Assembly (NCBI GenBank): GCA_023920165.1
Contig: CP089277.1
Location: 620,001-684,000, forward strand
Source of the DNA: Curvularia clavata
Lineage: Eukaryota
Direction: 5' to 3'
Length of the DNA: 64,000 nt
Part shown: piece after piece, positions 25,962 through 37,080 of the stretch
Numbering within the stretch: position 1 is the stretch's first letter
How the letters are laid out: each line of letters begins with the position of its first letter
The notes under the pieces: model-generated
What the model saw: only the letters and a program-made list of their open reading frames with translations
Databases searched by the model: none
What the model was told of the DNA's origin: nothing
Program-made: the position numbers and the translations under genes

Positions 25962-26813
25962 CTACGCGAGGCGCCTATGACGAGGCCACAGTCCGTGATG
26001 AGTCCAAAACCCTCTCGCGTCCAGCTTGCGGCCTAAGAGACCCACATCTCTTGGAAGCGCACGAATGCCCTCCTCTACCATAAGTTCACCCACCCAGTTT
26101 GTGTATTGCTCATAAGTCTCTTGCTCCTCATTGGACATGGACATGGACTCTCCAGTCATAGAACTGAAGCTCATAATGAGATCATACCAATCATAGACAC
26201 GCAAGTCGCTAACGATCCACCGCTTGCCTGGCGTGAAGTTCCGATGTGTTGCAATTATGGCTCTGGCAACGTCTTCACCATGGATGAAATGCACCGCCCC
26301 CTTCTTTTTTACGTCCTCTTTAGATTTGACGATGCGAGGCAGCCACCTTGCAGGAACCCGCTCACCGCCGTACAAACCAGCTAAACACAGTACGCAACCG
26401 TGGAGTGAGCGCAGTTCGTCCTCTGCAATGGCTCGACTGTCTTCCTTGTCATAGTGCGCACTATCATCGCTCCAATCATCAGGGACTTTGTTGTAGATGC
26501 CTGTTGATCCAAGCTGGACCCAGTTGTTTCGAGCACCATGGACAGAGCGGTACAGTCCGACGAGATTTTTCGACTGCCCGTGACCTCGCAGCGGGAAGGT
26601 GATGAGAACCGTTGTAGCAGCAGGGAGCCGCTTGTATGGCTCTGGATCTCCGGATTCAGGATCAAACTTGAACGGTATCGTCGCGTCCCTTCCTGTGGTT
26701 GTAGTGGCCGCATACGTAATGTCGGTGTCGTCCAATTGCGGGATCAGGAACGTGGACGTCCACCCAGCGCCCAGTATCAAAAGGTCCACTTCTTTCATTT
26801 GTTGGCGCAACAT
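25962..26813 (-). CDS. NAD(P)-binding Rossmann-fold protein (atypical SDR, YeeZ-like)
   Basis: N-terminal LLILGAGW, QLGSTGIY, LAGLYG and VHFIHGEDVARAI motifs. Single exon. Confidence 0.8.
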   Translation of the reverse strand: MLRQQMKEVDLLILGAGWTSTFLIPQLDDTDITYAATTTTGRDATIPFKFDPESGDPEPYKRLPAATTVLITFPLRGHGQSKNLVGLYRSVHGARNNWVQLGSTGIYNKVPDDWSDDSAHYDKEDSRAIAEDELRSLHGCVLCLAGLYGGERVPARWLPRIVKSKEDVKKKGAVHFIHGEDVARAIIATHRNFTPGKRWIVSDLRVYDWYDLIMSFSSMTGESMSMSNEEQETYEQYTNWVGELMVEEGIRALPRDVGLLGRKLDARGFWTHHGLWPRHRRLA

Positions 26814-27409
26814 CCTGCTTTGCTTGTTGGTGTTTCTGAGTATTCAGGGAATTGATGAAGTCGGTTTATAGTGAGCGTGTTTACCAGGTTTTTGTGCTTG
26901 GCAATATTAGAGGTGTGGTTGGCACAATGCGAGTGTGGTGACGCACTCTCCACATACTATGCCCATTTTAGCTGCATGTACCTAGATTCTGCACAGGCCA
27001 CCAGTTCGTCCCTCTATCTTTCTTTAGCTAATCGTTAGAATAGCTTACGAGTTTCAGCAGCTCAGATGTGTACGGAGTCAAGTTCCCTTCCGATGCATGT
27101 GAAGTGCCCGAGGTTGGCCCCAAGCGAGTTAGCGCACATTCCTTCGTGGTTTGGTTTGGCAGTGCGGACAGGACACATAGTCGGAGGCTTAATTAATCTG
27201 GCAGATGCACAGACCGACAGTGTCAAGTTGCATCGCTTGTACTTGGTTGCAATATGTCAGACCCGGTTTTGACATTTTACATGCGATGATTGACACCTTG
27301 TAGGATTTCCATCTACCCGTCCCGATTAGGTAAAGTCCAGTTTCGACGCGTCGCGCTTCCAACTCCTCCCCGCAATCCCCTCAGTGATATTCCAACCAGT
27401 ACCCTTACA

Positions 27410-28242
27410 ATGAGTCAACGGACCTCACTTGCGGAATCGAAACAATCCACAATTGTCGAGCAGAAGCAACACTTCCTCCAAACTAGAAAACACATTTTGT
27501 CGCGTGGGATACCTCCATCAGAACGACTACGGACGTTTGCACAAGATGGAGGGATCGAGCTCAGTGTCATGAAAGGCGTGTTAGACAAAGGTCTGTCTCA
27601 TTGGGAGTCAGAATCGCAACTGTGAAGCTGACAGAATCAGTCAATCGCGACCTTAAGCGACACTCGCGGACAGTGTACAGTCGACAAATGATCGAGCACG
27701 TCGTAGAGCAAATAGACACGTTGTACTGGGAATCGGGTGCGCGACCCGTCGAAGACGACCAAGAGGATGATCATGCAGCGTCCGATATCCACGAAGACGA
27801 CGATGCGAACGCGCTGTATCAAGGCGCCGACCTCACCCTCGACGAGAACATTGCGAAACTGCCTGCAACATGGCATGGCCGCGACAGCAACGAACAAGTA
27901 ACACAAGATGAATATCTCTCCTCTGTCTCACGGCTGCAGGACCTGTCTGCTCAGCGCCAGACTTTGCAGAACAAGCTCAACACGTATCGCACCCTGCTAT
28001 CTTTACTGGAACCGTATCGTCAGCCCAAGAAAAACATACAGCCAAATTTGGCATGGAAGGACGCACCACTGGCTCCAGAGTTGGCAAAAACAAGGACACT
28101 AGCCATACGTGTTGCAGCAAGGGTCGAGGAGAAATTTGGCAATGTACAAGTGCCTTCTACTGTGGAAGACGAGGATGTCGATATGGAGGGACTTGAGAAT
28201 CACGGCCAGGCAAAGGTGGACAAGGTGCTGGCAAATTGGTAG
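27410..28242 (+). CDS. FTA4: Kinetochore Sim4-complex subunit Fta4-like
   Basis: TIVEQKQHFLQTRKHILS, HSRTVYSRQMIEHVVEQID, LLEPY and IQPNL motifs match my recollection of the Fta4 family. Intron 27591-27640. Confidence 0.75.
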
Positions 28243-28601
28243 GGATGCTCAAGCCTTCCTGAGACATAGTTATGGCGTTTAGATATGATACCCCGTTTTG
28301 ATTGAACGAATTGCAAAATAACATTTTCTTTGGGTTGCAGCACGCATTCTCGATATGTGCTAGGGCCTGTAGTAACCCTGAATGTTGTCAATACATTCGA
28401 ATCCCGTAAAAGGGATGTATAACCGTGTTGACCACGATGGAGGCCGCGAATACAAACGGCTACTGTATAGTTGACGATGGAAGCTGTTCCTGGTGGGTCC
28501 GGGCGGCAGCGGCCAATCCCGCACGAGATCCGCCAGTAGCTTGCACCAGGATCAACGCCGATTTAACACCACGACTACACTTCATTCACACAGCACTAGC
28601 T

Positions 28602-30326
28602 ATGATTCTCCTCATTGCATTGACGCTGGTTGTTGTCCCAGCTGTCACGTACTATCTCACTACTGCGCTCTTCTTCCGAAGCGCAAAGAATGTTGCGACA
28701 GGGAAAAGGCCACCAACAATCCCATATTTGGTCCCCGGTGTGTTCCACACATTTAGCATAGCTGCAGAAGGGCCACAAAAGTTCTTTGCAAGGCTATTGT
28801 GAGGCAAATTTTTCGATTTGTACTCGGCAATGCTAACATCTACTAGCAAGGAGTTTGGCAGCTTTGCCCCATTTACTGTCAAGGCAGGTCTGCAAACTTT
28901 GGTTGTCCTCCGAGACCCTAAGCACATCAAAGTAGTGACAGAAGCATCAAAACTATCGGAACAAATTTCTATCGTGAGACGTGAATATGAGGGCGTCTTT
29001 GAGGTCTCTGACCGCAATGCAAGCACCCAAGTTCCCACACCCGAAAATTATCGCGGAAAAGCAAATAATGCACTTACAGCACCAATCCAAAGACATTTGG
29101 CTGGTGTGTCATTGACCGAACTAGGCGAGCTGTACGCTTCGAAGTTATCGAGCAATATGGATGACAAAATGTTCCAAGTTGGTACCTGGACGCAGATCGA
29201 GGACTTCTGGTCCTTCTTTCAGCAGGTTTTTACGAGGTGCTTGGTAGAGACGCTGTTTGGATCGGCGATTTTTCGACAATATCCTAAATTCGTAAAGGAT
29301 TACTGGAAGTTTGAAGATGCCTTGGAAACTTATGTACCTGGAATGTCCTGGTTGCTGGGATCGAGTGCATACGAAGAGCCTCGCCAAGCGTTGCTTCAAG
29401 GCATCGAAAAATGGCTCAAAACAAACCACAATGGCAGTCACTTTGCGAAGACCGGCAGCAATGATCCAAACTGGGATGAATTCAGAGGATCAAAGTTCAT
29501 CCAAGAGATTGATGGTCTACTCGCAGAGTTTTCATCTGAAGAATCGCGAGCCGTGGAACTGCTCAAGGTCATACACTGGTGCGTACCCATTAAACCCCCG
29601 TCAAGTTAGTGAGTAAAAGTGAATGTGCTGATGTGCGATTGCAGTTCAAATGCAAACCTCATCCCATCGGCCATCTGGTCCATGATTGAAATTCTACGCA
29701 AGCCCGAACTGGCCAATCAAGTCAACGATGTCGTTTCCAAGCATGGTTCGAAAGAAGCCAATACCTACGGCGTTACGGATATAGCAACTCAACCTATTAT
29801 CAAATCGCTGATCTATGAGACCAGCCGTCTACGCATGGCACAGTATATGATTTATCCCACCAAGGCCCATGATATTCTCTTAGATAGAGAATACATACTA
29901 CCCAAAGGGAACGCGCCAATCGCTTTCTCACACGACGTTGCATTGGATGGCAAATCATGGGCAAAGGCTCGGCCGCGTACCGTCGAGATACCACTGGACG
30001 AGTTCTGGGCAGGAAGATTTCTCATCCCTGACAAGCCGAGAAAAAGAGGCGGTGCCGAATCAGGCGAATTCAGTTTGGAGGGTCTCGACCTATTGGCTCC
30101 CGCCTTTGGAGGTCACCAAAACCTCGGACTAGGCAGAGAATACGCAGAAGTCATCCAAGCCGCAACTTTCGCTGTCTTGTTGAATGAGTGGGAAATTCAA
30201 TTATGTGACCCGGAAGAGACTGATGCATTTATGCCGCCTTTGCGCGAGAAAGCTTTTGGCGCAGTAAGGCCGATAGACAGGATAGCTGTACGCATACGCA
30301 AGCGGAAGTCGAACCGAGGCCTATAA
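28602..30326 (+). CDS. Cytochrome P450, CYP7-like fungal group; lacks the heme-ligating Cys
   Basis: N-terminal TM anchor, PPTIPY hinge, I-helix SNANLIP, ExxR (ETSR), FWAGRF meander and degenerate heme loop FGGHQNLGLGR. Introns 28799-28846 and 29579-29644. Confidence 0.85.
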
Positions 30327-30690
30327 ACTTCCCCACAACACACGACCAGAAATGTATGCTATGGCCATCTTGCTCTAGCAATCATTGCAACATCCCAGTC
30401 CCCATATTACAATAGAGCTCGACTATTTTTGATGACTGTTAGGATCTTGTCTAGAAGGCTTTCAGTCACATTTCAGCATAAGCAGAGCAATCAATAGAAA
30501 GCATCACATTCAAACCATCTACTCGCCTATGCTTATTTACAATCGAAGGTAACCTCATAGCCATCGAGTCGAGTATAACACAGCATCCACCATCCAAAGT
30601 TCTTCGTCCACCTGAACTTCCTCCAATCACATCCCCCCACTACCTCTCACATAGTTTCCAGACTCGCGAATCGCCTGTATCAGAGAATTT

Positions 30691-31518
30691 CTAAGCCTTG
30701 GAGCCGCGGACAGCGTTAGCCTTGCCAATCAAGAACCTGCCAGCCTCTCCGGCATCGCGGCCGTAGCTGAGGTGAGGAGCTAAGATAGCCGCAGCAAGAT
30801 TGCCATCACAGACCGTGTCGCGGATAACTCCACCACAGAAGATCTTGAGCTTGTCCTTCGGGAAGCGAGGAATCTGCTGGTTATCGGCGCGGGCTTGAGT
30901 ATCGCCAAAGGTAACGACGCCAGCAATCTGGTTCTTGACAGCATCCGAGAGGTCCTCGATGCCACGGTGGACTACAGCTGCACCTTGGCTATAATCATGA
31001 TTAGTATGGGAAGAAAAAATAGTTGTAGACAGAATATGAGACGTACGAATAGCCGCCGACAACGATGATGGCCGAGGGACATTTACGATTGATGTCCTGA
31101 AGAGTGTTGCGCATCATGAGTTCAGAAGCAAGATCAGTGCCACCGGGCAAGTAGTTGGTCGAAAGTAGAGCAGCATAGTCGATGCCCTCGATGGCAAGAT
31201 CGCGACCGTATGCACGACGAAGCTCATCACCAAGGGGCTGGCCGATAATAGAACCCTGCAAGCGTTCAGTCAAGTCCAAGCTAAAAGCAAATATCTTATC
31301 AATTGTGGACTTACCATGTTGCCCGCCTCAGTGGAGCCGCGAGCCCAAACAAAGATGATATCTCTGCATCCACCACCGATCAACGAAGAAAACTCGTTCT
31401 CAGTCAATTGGGTACGGTCGAGCTGGCGAGTCTCAACTACAACAGATCCTGGCTCGGGGATAGCAATGGGAGTAGCGGAAGAGGCAATAGCCAAAGCGAG
31501 AATGCTGAGAAACTTCAT
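30691..31518 (-). CDS. Secreted cutinase (CE5)
   Basis: Signal peptide, CRDIIFVWARGSTEAGNMG, GYSQG (split by intron 30989-31046), VTFGD, C...DTVC and HLSY. Intron 31256-31314. Confidence 0.95.
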
Positions 31519-31775
31519 CTTTCCGGATTTCGTAGTGATTGGAATTGATTGGGAGAAGAAGTGATTGACGACTCTTTAGGTAGTGAATGAAGGATAGGAA
31601 GCTCTGCTCTCTGAAGGCTTGCTGGATAGACACTGAGCTGCGAAGGTGGTTATCTTTATAGATAAGAAATCCTTCAGGATCGCTATGGGTCTTCTACCTA
31701 CTGCCGGCATGTATTCACTCCACATGGTGTCGCACAGACAGTCTACATCTCCACAAAGTCGCCGACGTCGTGAGA

Positions 31776-32783
31776 GCCGAGGCAGTGAATGTACATATCA
31801 GGTGTTGTCCAATAATATGTAGGGATCCAAAGCTTGCCTTGCCCAGCCAAGGGTGCCGATATTAAACCAAGACCCAGATCGATGAGTTGCAGAGAGTGAA
31901 TTGGTACATTGAAGGAGAATCATGTAAGCAATCAGTCGATTCCCAAGAAGTTTTGCCTAGGCAGAAATAAGATTCAGGACCTCAAAACATCAAAGGACCA
32001 ATAGAAGACAAAATAGAAAAAAGACGCCTCGGTATCGTCAAAGTCCTGGTCAAGTGATTCTGCTAAATTATGCAAGCAAGAGGCACTTTGCTGTATACGG
32101 ACCATAGCTTCAGGAGAACAGCCGTTGGTACGCTGCAGGGCAAAATGCGGGGTAAAGATTGAGTTTTTGGACCGTTCAAAGTACGCATCGAGGGCTGCAT
32201 ATTGGATTGGGCGCCTGGAGGTTGCAGTTCATTGCAGCTCTAGTGGGTGACTAGGGAATAAACGGATAGCACCCGCACCTGCGGCAGGCCTCACCTGATT
32301 GGTAGACACCATGATTTGCGAAACATTGAAAGCAATCCCAGGCGGCAACAATCGGAGAATTACGGTGCCTCGCATGTAGATTTGGTAGGATTGCTTTTTT
32401 CGATGTAGGGCTGACCACCATGCGTTAAGTTGGCATAGTCACCCCATAGCTCGTACTGATTATCCGGTACGTACCACGGCCTGAACAGCTACATCGCTGT
32501 AGTACCCGAGACTACCGGCATCTCAAACACATCTATTCAAGGCTAACATGACTGACATGGAACAACCATGAAAAAAGCAAAACAGCTAGATGCCGTCATC
32601 CGGCCACCATGAAACATCCTATACTCCGATATACCCCTCCAGTTCTATACTACGCTACGATTATGCCTCGGCAGGAATCGAAGAGATATATTAACTTCCC
32701 GTCGAGCCAAGCGTGGCTTGGTGCAGATGATCTCTACACCACCAAGATACATCCTTGTCAGTCTGTCGCAAAAGTGCCGAGGC
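31776..32783. promoter_or_regulatory. CTF1alpha/FarA-type sites in the bidirectional cutinase promoter
   Basis: GCCGAGGC at 31776-31783, CCTCGG at 32027-32032, GCCTCGGC at 32665-32672 and GCCGAGGC at 32776-32783. Confidence 0.7.
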
Positions 32784-32962
32784 TCGTTTCAATCGCAGAG
32801 GACATCCCAATCTCCTTGTAGTGTTTGAAGCATTATGAAGGAACTGGAAATTGCATATGGCGAGGTGGAAAGTTATAAGGAGATGTTTTGCTGGCCGTTT
32901 TCGAAGACGACAGCATACGGTTTTACAGCGAGCAAAAAACAAAGCAAACGAACCACGGCAAG

Positions 32963-33870
32963 ATGCGTCACGCTTCAGCTACTCCTCTCCTGGCTTTTGC
33001 CTTGATCTCCATGTCTTCTGCTCAGCAAACATGTCCTGAGATTCCTGCAAATGACGTTGAAATCGGAGAGCCAGTGCCAATCGTACCAGGCGACATTCCG
33101 AAGGGATGTTCGGCGTATGAGATACTTGTTGGTAAGATTGTATCCTAGTACCTTCCCCTATCTTCCCTTCAAAGTACAAACTAAAAGTCCTTCGCGTTAG
33201 CCCGGGGTACCAGCGAGCCCAGCTACCCCAAGTTCGGCGTCATCGTTGGCGACCCCGTCGTGAGCAATGTTTCTGCACAACTACCTGGAGTTCAGGGCTA
33301 TCCAGTCCAGGTACGTCCACACATTCACAACAATACTTGCCTAGAAAGTCGAAACAAAATCTGACCTGATTTCCACTCCACCAGTACCCTGCCAGCGCCG
33401 AGATCATCACCGGCGGTCGACAAGGCGTTGACGACATCGTCAAGCGTCTAACCACGCAATCAGCCGCATGCCCGAACCAAACCTTCTCCCTAGTCGGCTA
33501 CTCCCAGGGCGCCAGCATCATGCACCGTGCCGCTGACAAACTTCCCGTGTCGTTGTTCCCAAGGATCAAGTCCGTTGTCATGTTTGGCGATCCCAATCTT
33601 AGATTGGGCCGGCTGGGAGACAAGTTCCCGGCGGCTCTGCAGTCAAAGGTGCTGGAGGTGTGTGCACAAGGCGATCCGGTAAGTTTCCGTTAGCCCAGTG
33701 TATGAGGCTAAATGCTTAAAGGTGGAGGTAAGAGTGAGAGAGACATGTAGGCTGACAGCATAATCTAGGTGTGTGATTCCGGAACCTGTCAGTATTACCA
33801 TTTGACGTATGTTCTTCCGAAATTGATGGATCCCGCTGTGGCGTATATCGTGAAAGCCTTCAAGGGCTAG
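32963..33870 (+). CDS. Secreted cutinase / CE5 esterase (four exons, mostly missed by the ORF track)
   Basis: Signal peptide MRHASATPLLAFALISMSSA, ARGTSEP, YPAS, GYSQG, VVMFGDP, CAQGDPVC and HLTY. Introns 33132-33200, 33311-33384 and 33679-33768. TAG ends at 33870. Confidence 0.92.
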
Positions 33871-34870
33871 GAACGATGGTACCTAGCTCAAGGGTATTGG
33901 GGGAGCTACAAACAAACTTGTGTATATACATTCTTTTCACAAAGCTGGCTTCGTATTTGCAATACAAATGGCGTACCACTTCTCATTTATCCTGTTCCTC
34001 CGCAACATTCCCCAAATAACCCCCACTCGTACCCCTCACATGGTCCTCATACGAATCCGGGAAAAAGGCGTGCTACTACTTCCAACCCCAAAAAGCCATT
34101 CATTCAGGCCATCTGACGTCCCCCTCCTTCCACCTATCTGCACCGTCGTCGATACGGACGCTAAACCCATCGGGAACCTACCGGGCCCACTTTTATAAAT
34201 CACCTTGCATCTGTGGCTACCAAGGCTTTTCCCTCGACCGAATCCTAGTCCGGCACTTATGTACATCATGGCCAGCGATTTGCTCCCACCTCTGCTCTTC
34301 ACGCGGCATGCGTTACTCTACCCCAGACGTGTCGTCTGGCAAATGCGGGGTGGCTTGGCGACAGACTAGCATGATGCATGTGGTGCTGGCTGCACGATCG
34401 CGCAGGCTGTGCCTCGATGTGAACCGGGGCAGCGAATCTCGACCTTGATTTGAGGCCGCCATAGCCGAATGTAGGGGTTGCCTTTATGCAGAGAGAACTT
34501 GGCTCAGGCTTGAGGTTCGTCATATGCAATGACCCCTGACAAACCTCGTTCCATCAACCGAGGCGGAAATACAGTATTGAGAAGACGTTTTGCTGATATT
34601 TGGGTATCATGTGTGGACTTCTTGCGCTATTTTCGTATTACTGAATCTTGATCCTAAGTAGGCTAATATACACGCATGCAGAAAAGCTATTCCTCCACCT
34701 GTAAGATACATCTGATACTAAGGGGTATCATTCGCTGGAACTGTTTCCTGGATTTGCAATCATATCGGAAAACTACCCCGCGTCTAAGATTCGCCGTGCG
34801 CCACGCTGTGAAGATGGAAGATGGAAGATGTGGAATTGGCTAAGAAAGAGGCAGAGACAAATAAGGGAAA

Positions 34871-36311
34871 TCAAAGCTCAAAGTTGTCGAGCCAGTGCTG
34901 AATGACGATTTTACCCTCGTCAAAGGACTTTTTGTTCATGCGAACGATGATGGCGGCGTGTGAGTGGCGGTGGTTGTGGATGTGAACTGGATGCTTCTTG
35001 AAGCCAACGTTGTCCAACGCCTCGATCATTCCGAATTGCTCCGGCGTGAGCGCTAGTGTCGGGAATTTCATCTTCGCATTGTCCTTTTGCTCTTGGATGG
35101 AATCGGAATCAGATTCGGACGTTGTTTTGTGTGCTTGTTTCGGCGTCATGTGTTGCTGCTCGGGACCATTGCTCAAGTATTCTTGGTGCTGTGCATGATT
35201 TGCATTTTCGTACATGCCTTCGGCCTCACGTCGTACAGCGTTGATCATCAGGGGCAGGCGATAGTGTGTATAGTCAATACCCGTCCGGCCTTGCTCATGG
35301 AGTCGTATACGTTGGTAGCTGCGGACTGATTGGTAAGCCGAGCTCATCAGAAAGGCCGACACACCTATGGGAACAAAAACTGTGAGGAGCGCGACAATGG
35401 ATGCGCGCCCTATCATCGTCTTTGTGCCCTCGGCTAGGCGCTGAGTAAGTCCTCGTGGTTCTTCGGGCCCTTTTGGGGAAACTGGGTTTTCTCCATCGAC
35501 AATGACATCCTGGTAGTCGCTGATGTAGTTTACTTTGATGGTGTCTAGATCAACAAAAGGATCTGTTGAGGAGATACCGGCAGTATAGTATGTCACTGTC
35601 CGGTCATTGACGACATTGGCATAAAGGCTGCGGTATTTGAATTGAGCCAGGCCTTGGATGAAGATGCTTTCGGCGTCGGCCAGGACGGCTAGAAGTGGTC
35701 GGCCGGTGTCCCTGAACTTGTCCACACCAAAGAGTTGCCTTCCGCTCATGGAGAGGGTGCGCGCGCCCAAGACATTCCATAAATGGCTGTGATAGCCTTT
35801 GAGTGGTGTTCGGACACCCAGATGGGGGGTCGCAAATGTTGTGAAGTTCTAGCAGACTTAGCACGTGACGCCGGGTCTGGGATGGGCAAAGAACGTACCA
35901 CTGGCCGTATCTTATCAAAGATACCCCTGCGAAAGAGCAATCCGATAGCATAACGGGCGATAAGGCCTCCGAGTGAATATCCTACGACGCTGATCTTTGT
36001 TATGTTATGGCCGCTCTCGGCCAACTCGTCGAGCTTCCCTTCGACTTCTTGGGCTACACGCTCGCCACCCGTGTCTATGCCGTCGTAGGTGAAGCTGCCA
36101 GCATTACGCGTGGTGACAAGGACATGGAGTTTTTCCTGAGGAAACCTTTCGCTCAGGGTAGTACTAACGTACTTGAGATGCTCGGGGTTGCCCCAAAGAC
36201 TGGTCGTTGTCAGCGCGATTGCTTTTGGCTAGTTGCCCATTGAGGGAGCGAGACTGGTTCGCAGACATACCCATGGACGAGGACACAGAGGTGGTCAGCC
36301 TGGTCGGACAT
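34871..36311 (-). CDS. DUF676 putative lipase/serine esterase
   Basis: HLCVLVHGLWGNP, TYDGID, GYSLGG nucleophile, FTTFATPHLG, YANVVNDRTV and HSHAAIIVR. Introns 36200-36270 and 35849-35898. Confidence 0.92.
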
Positions 36312-37080
36312 GGTGGTGGGCATGGACGCAGTGAGTGGAGTGAAGTTTGTTGGTTAGGGGATTGCAGCCCCGGGCGGAGTATATGTATTACGGCACCCCA
36401 CGTCCAGATATCGTCCGTGAGAGGCACAGCCCTGCATTAGGCGGCTACTATCGTCGATTACGGTCGGACTTCCGAATCGCAGGTTGGCACGAGGGTACCG
36501 AAACGCATCTGAGCCACAATGATGCCAAAGAGTAAGGGAATCTGACAGGCAGTGCAGGGCAACGACGTCGAGATTGCGATATCGTAGATGACGCAAACGA
36601 ATGGCCGCTCTCCAGTCGCAGTCGCGTGGACCCTGCATTGGGCGCGCTTGGACCCCCGAAGCAGTTGCGGCGACGCGTCTGGCCTGGCCAAACTCAACTC
36701 GTCTCTCACCTTCACTCGCTGATTGGCTTTGCCATCGTCACAAAGTGGGCCTGCTTACTGCAATCAACTTCACTCTGGGATATTCTTTGCTACAAACTTA
36801 TAGACTTTCTGTTTCTCTCTTCTTCTCCACCAAAGGACCTCGCTGGCCGCCGAACCTCAATCGGAAGCCATTGCCGATTGAGGGTCATACTGAGCAGAGA
36901 CAGTATCTATCAAGCCATCAAGTCGTCGAGCGACCAAGCACTAGCTGAGCTCGAGCGAGTGTTCATCAAGTGGCTAGCTGAGCGCAAACTTAACCAACCA
37001 AGGCAGTATGTTGTACACCATCTGCACTTGCACAAGTGTGCATTTACGGTGAATCAAACTAATGCCCAACGCTTGCAGAA

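Noticed and set aside
27346..27351. MCB-like ACGCGT upstream of FTA4
   Set aside because: A single hexamer that also occurs elsewhere in the window. Plausible but unsupported without conservation data.
33960..34530. Short minus-strand ORFs between cutinase 2 and the lipase
   Set aside because: No recognisable domain or consistent splice model. A decayed gene is possible but not supportable.
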